A stretch of DNA of 64,000 nt, from the NCBI RefSeq assembly GCF_006345805.1, contig NC_043005.1, forward strand, positions 36,890,001-36,954,000. The letters run 5' to 3'. Shown here piece after piece: positions 1 through 12,665 of the stretch (the stretch's first letter is position 1; every line of letters begins with the position of its first letter). The notes beneath the pieces were generated by a model. That model saw only the letters and a list, made by a program, of their open reading frames with translations, was not told where the DNA came from and ran no database searches. The position numbers and the translations under genes were made by a program. The DNA comes from Octopus sinensis (lineage: Eukaryota).

Positions 1-149
1 AGGAGTTGGTAAACCTAAATCTCTGTCTGGATTAAAATCAACCCTTGGTCATTTGGCGCTTTTAACAAGGTCTATTTAGATCTAGGGCTCTGGACGGATG
101 CTACTGGTGTGGGTGTCTGAGGTGCGTTACCTCTTATTTTGCTTTTCGC

Positions 150-395
150 AAATATCATCATCATCATCCTCAATTACTGGACATTACTGACGCGAATCCT
201 AAGACTTATAGCGTCGGTTGACTGGGTTCCATGACGCACAAGTGATCGAGATCACAACATCCTTCGCTGAACGGGACGCCAGTCGGTGGCAGTGTTAACT
301 GCTGAGTTGACTGGAGCAAAGTGAAATGAAGAGCTTTGCTCAGGAACACATCGCATTGTCGTGTCCGCGAATCGACGTTTCGATCGTGCGATCGC
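150..395 (-). mobile_element. tRNA-derived SINE, decayed
   Basis: Reverse-oriented head/body (gctgagttgactggagcaaagtgaaatgaagagctttgctcaggaacacatcgca...gaatcga) matches the copies at ~12470, ~35400 and ~36200; (CAT)n at the left end. Confidence 0.65.
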
Positions 396-834
396 AAATA
401 CAGTAGCTCTACAAAAGTCTTGGATCAACAAAAGTTACCAGATATACATTTATTTTAGCACATTTGCCCTGACTAGCATATCTCTTCTAACTCACTAAAA
501 GAATAGCTGCATAGAAACAGGACGCAACAAGGCAAAAAAAACTCGCATATTTTACATGGCCGTTGGTATGAAGCTAGTAAAATTAGGCAGAATGTAATGG
601 TGTCTTCATGTAGCTAATGGTTTATATTTTTTCTTCAGTTACCATTTTAATTTAGATAGGAGCACGTTATGTGTTTGCTGCTAAATCATTTATCAAGAAT
701 GGTGTACCTAGGAGGATTTTGGCCGCATCATTTTTTATCTTTTATTTTGACACTGATTCGAATTGACAATTTCCATTTATGTAAATTCGAAGTCGAACGA
801 TATTTTCACATGAACATTCTGCACTTCTCATTAA

Positions 835-902
835 GAAAAGGTAATAGTATCTACGAAAAGGTAATAGTTTCTACGAAAAGGTAATAGTTTCTTCGAAAAG
901 GT
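835..902 (+). repeat. 20-bp tandem minisatellite, about 3.4 copies
   Basis: gaaaaggtaatagtatctac / gaaaaggtaatagtttctac / gaaaaggtaatagtttcttc / gaaaaggt. Confidence 0.95.
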
Positions 903-1194
903 GGTCTTTCCTCTGGCACTGAGGCTTCACATGTTTGTTTACTTGCTGGTTTATTATGTTGAGTATCCATGGATCTTGGATTACAAAGTGACCCTGTAAA
1001 TTTTGATGTGATGTACGAGACCAAGATTAGCTATATCTCCTGTGAATTCCAGCACCGTTCATGAATTTAGTTATACCCAGCCCGGGTATAACATTTCTGG
1101 GGGGTGTGCAAAGCATTTTCGTGTTATGGTATATCCATTTAGCATGGAAAATCACGAATTATTTGACATATATACACGGTTGTACATAGATACA

Positions 1195-1370
<176 letters not shown>

Positions 1371-1918
1371 GCAAGTGTATGGGTGTATGTTTTAGCATGC
1401 TAGATTGCGTATAGGTAAATTTTTTGTCTGTGAATGCTTATGAGATTTTTGCATGTATATATGAATACGTATCATTATATTTCCTAGAAATGTTAGTTCT
1501 TCAATGCACAACTATTGCAACTACACACACACATACGCAAATGCACATACACTCTCACATGCACACACACACACACTAACACGCACATTTGTAAATATAT
1601 GTAATATTCTATTTGCGCTTTTGCTTACATTTAATCATTTTCGCGTCTGCCTAGAATGACTCAAGGCACTTTATGCGTATACATGAATGAATTAGTATTA
1701 TTTATAACACTGTGGTGTTTTTATTGTGTGTGTGTGTGTGTCGGTGTGAGTATGTGCATGTGTGTACTTACGATTGTACGTGGATGAGAGTATTTTCGAA
1801 TGTGTGAAAAAAATTTCATTATCTGACAAGCTGTGACGTAAAATCGTGTTTAACAAACTTTAAAACATAGATAGAACGAAGAATGTAAAAAAGGACAGGT
1901 AAACAGCATGACAGGCAA

Positions 1919-2094
<176 letters not shown>

Positions 2095-2522
2095 GAGTGA
2101 CATAGATAGAAGTTATAAAAGAAACGAAAGAAAGTATAGAAAAGAAATAACAAAGAACAGTAGACAAACAGAAAGACTGAATCCGCCCAACATTTGAGAA
2201 GAGAATATCGAATAATTAGACTCCCCCCTCCTACTTCAGACATAAAATCTAGGTTTTGTCGACAAGGTGTGTATTGAGGAAGCTCTACCAAATGTTACCA
2301 GATATTTTTCTTTATTTCTTCTTCTTATATTTAAATGATTTATTTTTCTTTCATTGATTCCCTTAATATTTCTTTTTCCTTCAATAATTTATCTCTTTTT
2401 CTTCACTTTCTTTTCCCAACTTTCAATTTATATCCTCCTTTCATTCGCGCTCTTTCATTCAATTATATATATATATATTCACACGTGTATATATATATAT
2501 ATATATATAAATACACACACAT

Positions 2523-2553
<31 letters not shown>

Positions 2554-2959
2554 CCCCACCTAGTTTATTTTCCTTCGTTAAGTTATTCTTTCCTGAACGT
2601 TTGTCCGTTCTAAAATGAAAAAGAAAAAGCGAAAAATAATGTTTAACCATTTTTTCTTTACCATTGTTCCTCTTCCATTTTCCCATCTTGTATCTCATAT
2701 TTTCTTACATTATCTTTCCTCTCTTCTTCTACGTTCTTTTCTTTGCTTTGTAGCTATTTTTCTTTGCTTTCTATCTATATGTATGTATGTATCTATGTAT
2801 CTTTCTATCTATCTATCTATCTATATTTTTACACACTCTGTATATTTCTCTCAATCACTTTCAGTCTACCTCACACACTCTTCTCTCTCTCTTTTGTTAC
2901 TTTACTGTATATAACATCCGTTTATCAAGTGTTATTTTATGTTTTACTAGTAAAAGAAC

Positions 2960-3060
2960 TTGAGGAAATAATAGCGGCCAATATACGACGATCGAGCGGT
3001 AATTTTGATCGTTGTGAATTAATAACAAACATGGCGGCACATTCTTGTTTCGCTGATGGC
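2960..3060 (+). promoter_or_regulatory. candidate promoter island (CCAAT box plus YY1-type AACATGGCGGC motif)
   Basis: CCAAT at 2978-2982, AACATGGCGGC at 3028-3038 and a local cluster of CpGs in unique sequence. No downstream gene could be linked. Confidence 0.3.
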
Positions 3061-3328
3061 TGCTTTATTACGTTAGTTTTTTTTTTTTTCTCGTTTCAAC
3101 AAACGTTTATGTTGTGCTGTGTAATTATGAAACCTGTTTTTATATACACACAAACCACCAGGACTCTGTATACATATATGCTTATGCGTGTGTGTATGTG
3201 TATGTGTATGTGTGCGTGTGTTTATACACATGTAGAAAGAAAAAAAACCAATATTTTCTTTAATAATCGTCTCCAATATCACTAAATTGAAATATGAGCT
3301 GCTGAGGTGCTTTGTTATCTAGCAAGTA

Positions 3329-3365
<37 letters not shown>

Positions 3366-6209
3366 AATATATATATTATATATATGCATGTATGTGCATG
3401 TATGTATATGTTATATGTGTATATATATAATAATATATGTATGTATGAGTATATACATATATATATATCATATACACATACATACACACACATACACACA
3501 TATATGTATGTATGTATGTATGTATATATATATAAAGGATGTCGAATGGAAATAGTAGATAAACGGTACGGGAAAATGGAAAAAAGGGTACAATTTTACG
3601 CAAAAAAGACATGATGCGTGAGCATATGTCCTCGTGTATCTTGTATGTGTTTATGTGAGGCGTGGTGTGTATGTTTGCATTCCTGTATTTATGTGATTTG
3701 GGAATATCGTAACATGTGCCTTTGCGTGTTAGCAGAAATAAGGACAACGATGGAGATAACCAAAAACGCTGAAAGAAAAGGAAGACAGGCAGAAAGCATT
3801 TGAGAGAAGGAAGTACCTACGTTTATAAAGATATTACAACACCAAAAATAACGACAGTAATATCATCAATAACAGCAGCGACTATAAGAACAGTAAGACT
3901 ACAACGAAAATCCAATAAAAACAGCATGGACAACAAAACATTAATCTTTCCTACAATAACAATCTTCAATAAGACCAAACAGAAAGCAACATCATTTAGT
4001 AGCAGTAAAAACATTAACAATTGTTGCAACCACGTCGATATTGTTCCATAAAATGTTTAATGTCCGGATTGATATTTATCAGCAATACGTTTTAAACGTA
4101 AGTTATTCCAGTTCAAATATTGCCAAAGTAAATATCAATGGCGCTGACCATCCCTCGGTGTTGTTAGGTGATTACAGTATTGTCGAAGCGGCACTGATTG
4201 ATTAAACAGTGACTTCCTAACGTTTTAAGTCTCGTGACCTTCGACTACATCAACTCCCCATTAAAGATTCTTACCGTCTTAATATTACCGAAGCTAAAAT
4301 GGAATCAAATTCAAACGAATGACAAGAACCGCTATTTATTCAATTACAAATGTTTAGTCTAATTAGGTTCAATTAAAACAACTGTTTAGTTTAATTAGCT
4401 TCACGAATCTGGTTTCTTATGAAACCAGATTTTCAATCTCTGAAATTTTTCAAAGTTATTTAGTTACAACAAATTTCTTGTTTCTTATTGGTTTGTGATT
4501 CCGGCTGCACTCATTTTGTCTTCTTGATTACATTTAGAAGTTTTCAGAACATCTTTTGATTTTCCATTTTGAAAACTGTAAAGGTAGTGCAGCCTCATCC
4601 AGACAGGATCGAAGTATGCTTTATGAGGTACCAGTAAATCATGAATACTTAGTCACCAGGTCCTCCCCCATCGCATTCAGCGGTCCTCGCTGGACGAAGC
4701 AGTGAGGCATTATATATATATATATATATATAATAGACTCTTTGTATAGTATTCAGTCTTTAGATTAAATAGGAGTCAACGTGATATTGCCTTACTTGGT
4801 CACTAGACCAGCTAGAAATGCCACAGAAATATTCCTTATATTTTAAGAAAGTAAACAATGCTCAGAGAAGATGGTAAGGGGGCCATAACTAATAAGTCAG
4901 TTCGAATACTAATCATTGGTGCTTAATAACAACAGCAATATCTTCACAATTTAACGAATTCCTCTCGCATAAGATGATATCTGTGCTTCACTACTACCTC
5001 ATTACTCAGAGATAGTGAAAAAATAAATGAAATTGTACGCCATTTATAAGTATGAGAAACAGTACATGAGATTGCCTAAAGTTTTGGCAGTTATTCTAAA
5101 TATACGCCAAATCAGAGTCGTACCGTTGAATATTCTAAACAAATATACAATTAACCAGTCTCGCAAAAGACTTAATAGCAAAATCAATGTCCTTTGTTTA
5201 ACATCGTGTCCACTAGACCACTTCACCTCATCATACACAGATACACTAATACAGAGGAATACATGCACATAGACGCATACACACACACACAGACACACAC
5301 ACACACTCGCACATATACATACGCATATGAGTGGGAGAGAGTGTGAGGGAGAGAGGGCGTGAGAGAGAGAGTATGTGTGTGAGATAAAGATAAGGGATGG
5401 TGAGAGAAAGAGAGAATGAAAAGAGAAAGTGAAAGTATCATGTTAACTTCTCTTCGTTGCTCTGTGCCCTTGAAAAAAGCGTTAAAGTCATTCTCCTATA
5501 AATCTCACCTATAAATCTTGTATCTATTTCATAAATCAATACATACGTACTTGCACATACACATGGATGTTTGCGAGAGCGTGTGTGTATATATATATAT
5601 ATATAAATATATATATATATATGTATATATATATGTATATATATATGTATATATATAACACTTACGCACACATACATACATACACATTTACATGAATATA
5701 CACTCAGTGAGAGAAACAGAGAGTTGTGGATGTTCGTGTAATGTGTGTATATTTGCATGAGCGTTAATATCTGTAAAAATTATCTCTCCATTTGAGTAAG
5801 TAACCTGAAGGAAAAATTCGAGAAAAGTTCAAAAAATAATAAAAATAAGATAAACAAAAACTCCTAATAATTCCTGGGTCAACAACAGTGTATTTCTAAT
5901 GTTGTGCCGATCACAGGTTCAAGTGAAGCAAATGTTTGTTGGATGTTTTCTAAAGTGGCTTATTAATAGAACTAACATAAACATTAAGTCGAAAATAGTT
6001 TGGTCGATTTAAATGATAAAAAGCACTTCGTTTCGTGTCTGTTTATGGTGTTTTTTTTTGTTGTTGTTGTTGTTGTTGGATGTGGCTATCGATTTATTTT
6101 TTGTTTCTTCAGCAGCAATAATATTTGTGTATATCTATGTGTTTATACATATATATATATATATTATGTTGTGTATGTGTGTGTGTATGTATGTGTGTTA
6201 ATATGTTAT

Positions 6210-6245
<36 letters not shown>

Positions 6246-6400
6246 ATATTATATATATATGTACATATATATGAATATATATATGTATATATATATAATA
6301 TAATATACTCACATATATGCCACACACACATAAAAGTATATATTATATGTGTGTGTTATGTATGTATATGTACGTATATGTAAATGTAAGTATGTATATA

Positions 6401-6437
<37 letters not shown>

Positions 6438-7060
6438 GTTTACAGGCTATACATATTTATATATATATCTGTATGTTATATATATATGAATGTCAGAGAG
6501 GGTGTAATGAATGTGTATGTGTGCATGGGCGGGGAATAATGAGAGAAGATTTTCCTGGATGTACGCGTAGATATGAGCACAGCTTGTATTCACGATATAA
6601 ATAAAACTACTTAAAAAAAAAAGAACTGCAATCTCTGTATCTGGATATATAGATAACACACACGTGTGCGTGTGGTAGTGAGTTGGCGTATAGAGAATGG
6701 AAGCAGATAATTGTTGAGTCCGAGTTCAATCTCTCTCCATGCTAATGTCTGTCACTATAGCTTCGGAGCATTGTGATTAAGATTATTTTGACGGAAACTG
6801 TCAGGAAGACAGGAGATCAATTGTAACGGTAATAGAGAGAATTAGCGGGGCAATTAGCTGTGTGATTCTGATAGTTCTTGAAGGTAAACTAAAAAAAAAA
6901 CTGTATTTGGTAAATAGTCAGCCACTTTGACATTGATACACTCTCTAAGTAGGTAGAGTCATTAATTGAACAAATGCAATAACCATAGTTGAAACCGATG
7001 CTAAATTCATTTCTTTTTATTTACGTCTTTACATGTATGTCATTATTTACTTTCATTTAA

Positions 7061-7298
7061 GGCGGCGAGCTGGCAGAATCGTTAGCACGCCGGGTGAAAT
7101 GCGTAGCCGTATTTCGTCTGCCGTTACGTTCTGAGTTCAAATTCTGCCGTGGTCGACTTTGCCGTTCATCCTTTCGGGGTCGATAAATTAAGTACCAGTT
7201 ACGCACTTGGGTCGATGTAATCGACTTAATCCGTTTGTCTGTCCTTGTTTGTCCCCTCTGTGTTTAGCTCCTTGTGGGTAGTAAAGAAATAGGTATTT
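7061..7298 (+). mobile_element. SINE family A (ggcggcgagctggcagaatcgttagc...), near full-length
   Basis: Head ggcggcgagctggcagaatc, B-box-like gagttcaaattc, central gtcgactttgccgttcatcctttcggggtcgataaattaagtaccag, tail ccttgtgggtagtaaagaaata. Confidence 0.9.
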
Positions 7299-7463
7299 CG
7301 CCTGTCGCTACCTTCCGAGTTCAAATTACGCCGCGGTCGACTTTGCCTTTCATCCTTTGGGTGTCGATAAATTTAGTACTAGTGAAATTCTGGGGTCGAT
7401 GTGATCGACTAGTCCCCTCCCTCCAAAACTTCAGCACTTGTATATATAATAAAAAGGATTATT
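7293..7463 (+). mobile_element. SINE family A, older 5'-truncated copy
   Basis: The same central domain is repeated immediately downstream and ends in the aaaggattatt tail. Confidence 0.8.
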
Positions 7464-7580
7464 CTGTTTCATTTTCAAGATTCTTGCCACGAGGAAAAGG
7501 GTCGGTTTCTAACCTAGATTCAAGACTCCTTCATAGGAATTTCAGCAATATTAACAGGGTATTTTTGTTTTTATGTATGA
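7458..7580 (-). mobile_element. 3' tail of the R4/Dong-like LINE (solo)
   Basis: Reverse complement matches 15283-15403 and 15515-15620 (aaaataccctg...gaaattcc...gaaggag...ctaggttagaaacc...gaataat). Confidence 0.75.
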
Positions 7581-8084
7581 ATATCTATCTAATGTTTCAC
7601 GTACACGTTATATATCAATTATGTATGTATATATATTCATCATCACAATATCATCGTCATCATATTCCTCTTCATTATTGGGTTGCGCCTCTTCGGTATT
7701 TACTATATCCTAAACCGGGTATAACAATTGATAGTTTCTCCTAGTTTCATCAGTTTACTGGTCATTATATGCTTTCCTTCGGGTGGTGGAATTATGTTCA
7801 TCCTATATACTCTAGGTTTGTTGTTCAACTCCCATTGGTGCTTCTTGTTTTCTTTAAAAAAATTGTCACATACAATTTGAAAGATGCCATGATCTCATAG
7901 TCTGATAGTTCGTTAAAAGCCATTATATTCCTTCACCTATCACGGCTCCAAAATATATATCTACAATTACAAGTGTTTAACTTCGTTAACAGCAAAACTT
8001 AAGTTGCATATGAACGTTGCCACATATATCGAAATCTCAGCACTGAGCAAATGTTAATAATGAAATTCTTCATTGCAGTGGTTG

Positions 8085-8143
8085 TATGTGTGAAACTTTT
8101 GAGTGAATTTGGTTGATGGAAACTAAAAGAAGCCCGTCGTATG

Positions 8144-8174
<31 letters not shown>

Positions 8175-8465
8175 GTATAATATATACTATCGTTGCTATT
8201 ATTCTAAATTGTCGTATGTCCAAATGTGGTCTAATGCGTTTTATTTTTCAATATTTATTTTTGCTTGCAATAGCAGGTTCTTTTGGTCAAACTATGGTGT
8301 TGGTGTATTTACGTCCCCGTAACCTGGCACTACAACAAAAGGGGCCAGATAGAATAAGTAACAGGCTTTACAAATAAATAAGTACAAGGGTCAATTCATT
8401 CGACAAAAATTCCTTAAAGTTTGTGCCCTAGCAGGCCGCAGTTTCATGACTGAAACAAGTAAAGG
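8085..8465 (+). mobile_element. SINE family B, 5'-truncated, with internal (TA)n expansion
   Basis: gatggaaactaaaagaagcccgtcgtat, then tttacgtccccgtaac...gcaggccgcagtttcatgactgaaacaagtaaa tail. Confidence 0.75.
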
Positions 8466-8769
8466 CAACAGATATGTGTATATATATATGTATATATATA
8501 TTATATATATATATTATATATATATATAATATATATATAGATAGATAGATAGATAGATATATAGATATATATATATACACATACGTACATGATGATTGCC
8601 ACTTCTTAACAGAAGAAGGCCATCTCTTCAATTAAAAAATACTGTCATGAGATCTTATATGACTAGCAAGTCCTACTCCTGACAAACAAACTCCCCCAAA
8701 ATCTGATATCCAGTGACAAACCAAGGAAAGATGACTGGGTGATTATGGAGCTCGCATGTTTTATTATCC

Positions 8770-8920
8770 CGGAGTTTAACTTCTCCAGTGGTTTTATACC
8801 TGAATGTCCTTCTCCCAGTTTTGACCAGCCAAATGCTAACTGCAAGACAGCATTGAAGGATTTGAATTCGGGGTTACCTTCTCCTAGACAAATTGTCTTC
8901 CCCGTGGCTTTCTTAAACCT
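8770..8920 (+). mobile_element. possible RTE-type 3' tail fragment
   Basis: ggatttgaattcggggttaccttctcctagac...gtcttcccc resembles RTE-clade 3' ends; recalled similarity only. Confidence 0.3.
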
Positions 8921-8921
8921 A

Positions 8922-9035
8922 GAAGTTCCAGCAATCCCTTTAACTACATCCACAAATACACACAAATCAAATAAAATAAAAAGTAAAATACAAATATATA
9001 TATATAAATAATAAATAATATACATATATATATAC

Positions 9036-9115
<80 letters not shown>

Positions 9116-9281
9116 ACTAATATATATTGTATATAATATATTATTATATATATTATATATTATATATATAGATGTATATATATATATTTATTTATATATA
9201 TATATATTTGTATTTGTACTTTTTATTTTATTTGATTTGTGTGTATTTGTGGATGTAGTTAAAGGATTGCTGGAAAACTTC
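8922..9281. repeat. fold-back inverted repeat (~95-bp arms, TA-rich spacer)
   Basis: 8922-~9015 (gaagttccagcaatccctttaactacatccacaaatacacac...) is the reverse complement of ~9184-9281 apart from a few indels. Confidence 0.9.
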
Positions 9282-9439
9282 AAATACAATACAATACAAT
9301 ACAATATATATATATATATATAAAACATCAGTTCCCTGAAAGATGAAGGAAAAAACGTACACGCAATATACATACCTATAATCAAGAATTAAAAATGTAA
9401 ATAATATATATAAATACACACACACATACACACGCCCAA

Positions 9440-9672
9440 CCACAGTTCACCACACCAAACATGTAACTGGCACTCACATCCAAAACTAGATGGCTGTAGA
9501 CTCTTAAGAGTTCTTTCGCCCTCTTTCAAGTCTTGCTGTTAGTCCTGCAGGGTGTCCGATACGCACACTCCTCACCAAGTGGAATTGGTGGGAGAGCCGT
9601 CTTAGTTGCCGACGACCCGACCATGCGACAGGTAGTACTGGGTTACGTGGTACTAGTAGTGTAAACGATCCG
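9440..9672 (-). mobile_element. possible 5' end of a non-LTR (RTE-like) retrotransposon
   Basis: GC-rich unique segment; the minus strand contains cctgtcgc...ggcaactaa, similar to the cctgtcg...ggcgactaa motif of RTE 5' UTRs. Confidence 0.4.
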
Positions 9673-9751
9673 ACATACATACATATGTATATACATATTC
9701 ATATTTTATTTATATATCTACACGCTTATACACACACGTGTATATATATAT

Positions 9752-9792
<41 letters not shown>

Positions 9793-10277
9793 ATACATAT
9801 ATATATTATTGTGTGTGTGCGTATAAGTACCTGTATATTTGGAAATATATACGTTTTATATAATGTGTAGGCATCTGTATATACGTTATATTATATCAGT
9901 GTGATGTGCGTGTGTGTGTGTGTGTGTGTGAGTGTGTGCCTGTCTGTATGTGTGTTTAGGGAATGTGTGTACGTGACACGTGCACTTTAAGCATGAGGTA
10001 AGCTCAAAGGAAATTTAATCCATGATTCAATTATGATCCACGCTTGTTGCGTATCTCGTCCTGTCGTCTTAGGTTACTAATGCGTTTACGAAATGGATAA
10101 ACATTTCAACTCATATTCCTTCTCCCATAAAAATCAATGAAGTTAAACAATGTTGAGGAAATACCAAACAAGTTACCGTATTTGTCTGTATAAATATTAG
10201 TGACTCGAATAATCATCTCGTTCTCCTTATCTCTACCTACGTACACGTAACTACCCATATATCTACCTGTTTGTTTG

Positions 10278-10343
<66 letters not shown>

Positions 10344-10382
10344 CTCTCATCTCTCTATATATATATATACACACACACACAC

Positions 10383-10429
<47 letters not shown>

Positions 10430-10639
10430 GTCTGTCTATCTGTCTATCTGTCTGTCTATCTGTCTGTCTGTCTGTCTATCATACACACGCACACATACAT
10501 ACCTACTCACATGTATTCACACATAATGAGCAAGATTTGTATGTGGGGTCAAACTTACTCAACTCCTCTCCTATGCGTATGCAATGTATGCATCTATGCA
10601 CACACACTAGCACACGCACAGACACACACGCACACACAT

Positions 10640-11015
10640 ATAGATATATGTGCATATATATATATATGTATGTGCACATCACATTCTTGCACATATACTT
10701 ACACTCACATAGAATATATATACATACGTGTGTATATGCATCTGTGTGCACATCACATCCTTTCTCATATATACTCTCTCTCTCTCTCACACACACATAC
10801 ACACAGATATATATATAGATATATATATGTGCATATACATATGTGTGCACATCACATTCTTGCACATATACTCACACACACATAGAATATGTATACATAC
10901 GTGTGTATATGCATCTGTGTGCACATCACATCCTTGCTCATATATACTCTCTCTCTCTCTCTCTTTCTCTCACATATACACACATACACACACACACTCT
11001 CTCTCTCTCTCTCTC
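10640..11015. repeat. higher-order tandem repeat, 173-bp period (74+99-bp subunits) x2
   Basis: gtgcacatcacat(t/c)ctt at 10672, 10746, 10845 and 10919. Confidence 0.85.
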
Positions 11016-12348
11016 AAACAAATGAAACATTAAAGTTTTCACCGAGACGAAACTTTTATCAAACTCTTTGGGAAAATGCGATTCGCTCCGAAGCTTAAAA
11101 TTCACAGCAAATTCTTTTACAAGTCCAAGACAGTTTTAGTAACTTCTCTTCTTTGTAACAGTTTCATTTGTCTCGTCTCGATTCACATATAACCAACTCA
11201 TGTGAATTACTGGGCCGAATCCCACGCATTTCGTACTTAAAACACTAGACAACACAATTTCCCTCTAATGCACGCACTCACTAACACGTAACAGGCAGGC
11301 AGGCAGACATGCAGGCAGGTAGGCATTTAGGCAGGCTGATGTCAATACCTCCTACAAAAGGTTTGGTAGTGTGTGGGTTGGCGATAATTGACATAACTAA
11401 CGGTATTGATATTCGATGTACAGAACGGTCTGGTTTCTAAGCTGAGCTGTTTCATATGTACCTTTTACAATTCAATAAATATCAATCAATAAAACAAGAA
11501 ATACATTAATAAAACACACACAAAAAAAAAGACAAGAAAAGTTTGGGTTATAGCGCTAGGTACAGGCTGACGGCTCTCATCATTTCAAAGACTGTTCCTC
11601 TTTCTCTATGAGTGCTTTGGTTAACTTCAGCGTATTTATGTTTCACATTCAGATATATATATTTATATATATATATATATAATATATATATATATAGAAT
11701 ATATATATATATAATATATATCTATAAGATATATATATATATGTAATATGTACAAGCATACACAGCACAAAACCCACGTATAAGAATGAGAGAGATTTAT
11801 ATCTGTATACGTTCGCACACAAAAGACAATATAGATATACATGAGTGGAGGCATAAACGAAAAACAGATATACATACACGTGTGCTATAATGCACTTAAA
11901 AGTTCAGTATAAGCTCGTATATGTACCAAGCACCCACACAAGCACTTACTCAGAGAAACGCACAAACGCCCTTGCGTGTATGCGCATATATTTGTATACA
12001 AGCACATAGGTATGCACTTCTGTATATTTGTGTGTGTGTGTGTGTGTGCATATGCATTAATGTAATTATGTTAATGTTTGTTTTTATGTCAAAAAAAAAA
12101 CGACTTAACATGAAGCTGAAGACTCGCTCAGTATATTTTAGTGCAGTATATGTTTATTAAACTTTTAGAAGACGGGTTGAGAGAGACTTCGATGGATGTT
12201 TCAGCCCGATACCTTTCGTCCTACTTGTGTGTATGTGTGTGTGTGTGTGTGTTGTGTGTATGTGTGTGTGTGTGCGGGGGGGGTTAGATAGGTGCGTCGT
12301 GTGTGTATGTGTGCGTGTGATGCACAGCCTTCTACCGTTCGTCATACT

Positions 12349-12391
<43 letters not shown>

Positions 12392-12469
12392 GTGTTGCAC
12401 ACCCTGCTACCGTTCGTCGTACTTGTTTGTGTGTGTTTGTATTGCACATTAGCTCACTCCCTTCATCAG

Positions 12470-12665
12470 AGTGACGTTACCTGTACAGTTGCATGACATA
12501 CTACAAGTCGGGTGACGAGATGATCACAGAGCAATGTGAAATAAAGTGTTTTACACAACAACGCAATGCAACGCAATGCAACGCAATGCAACGCGCCTGG
12601 TCTGTGAATCGAAACCACGATCTCGCAATCGTGTGTGGAACACCCTAATCACAAAACCATGCACC
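12470..12665 (-). mobile_element. tRNA-derived SINE head with internal 10-bp tandem (caacgcaatg)x3
   Basis: gagcaatgtgaaataaagtgtttt...gtgaatcgaaaccacgatctcgcaatc...caccctaatcac. Confidence 0.7.

Noticed and set aside
7715-7765. CTGATGA...GAAAC on the minus strand as a hammerhead
   Set aside because: Stem II and stem I do not pair.
12200-12440. Motif ctaccgttcgtcRtacttg repeated three times with TG spacers (also the 24-bp units at 26440-26510), CRISPR-like appearance
   Set aside because: Spacers are microsatellite, the context is eukaryotic and there are no cas genes; these are slippage-derived repeats.
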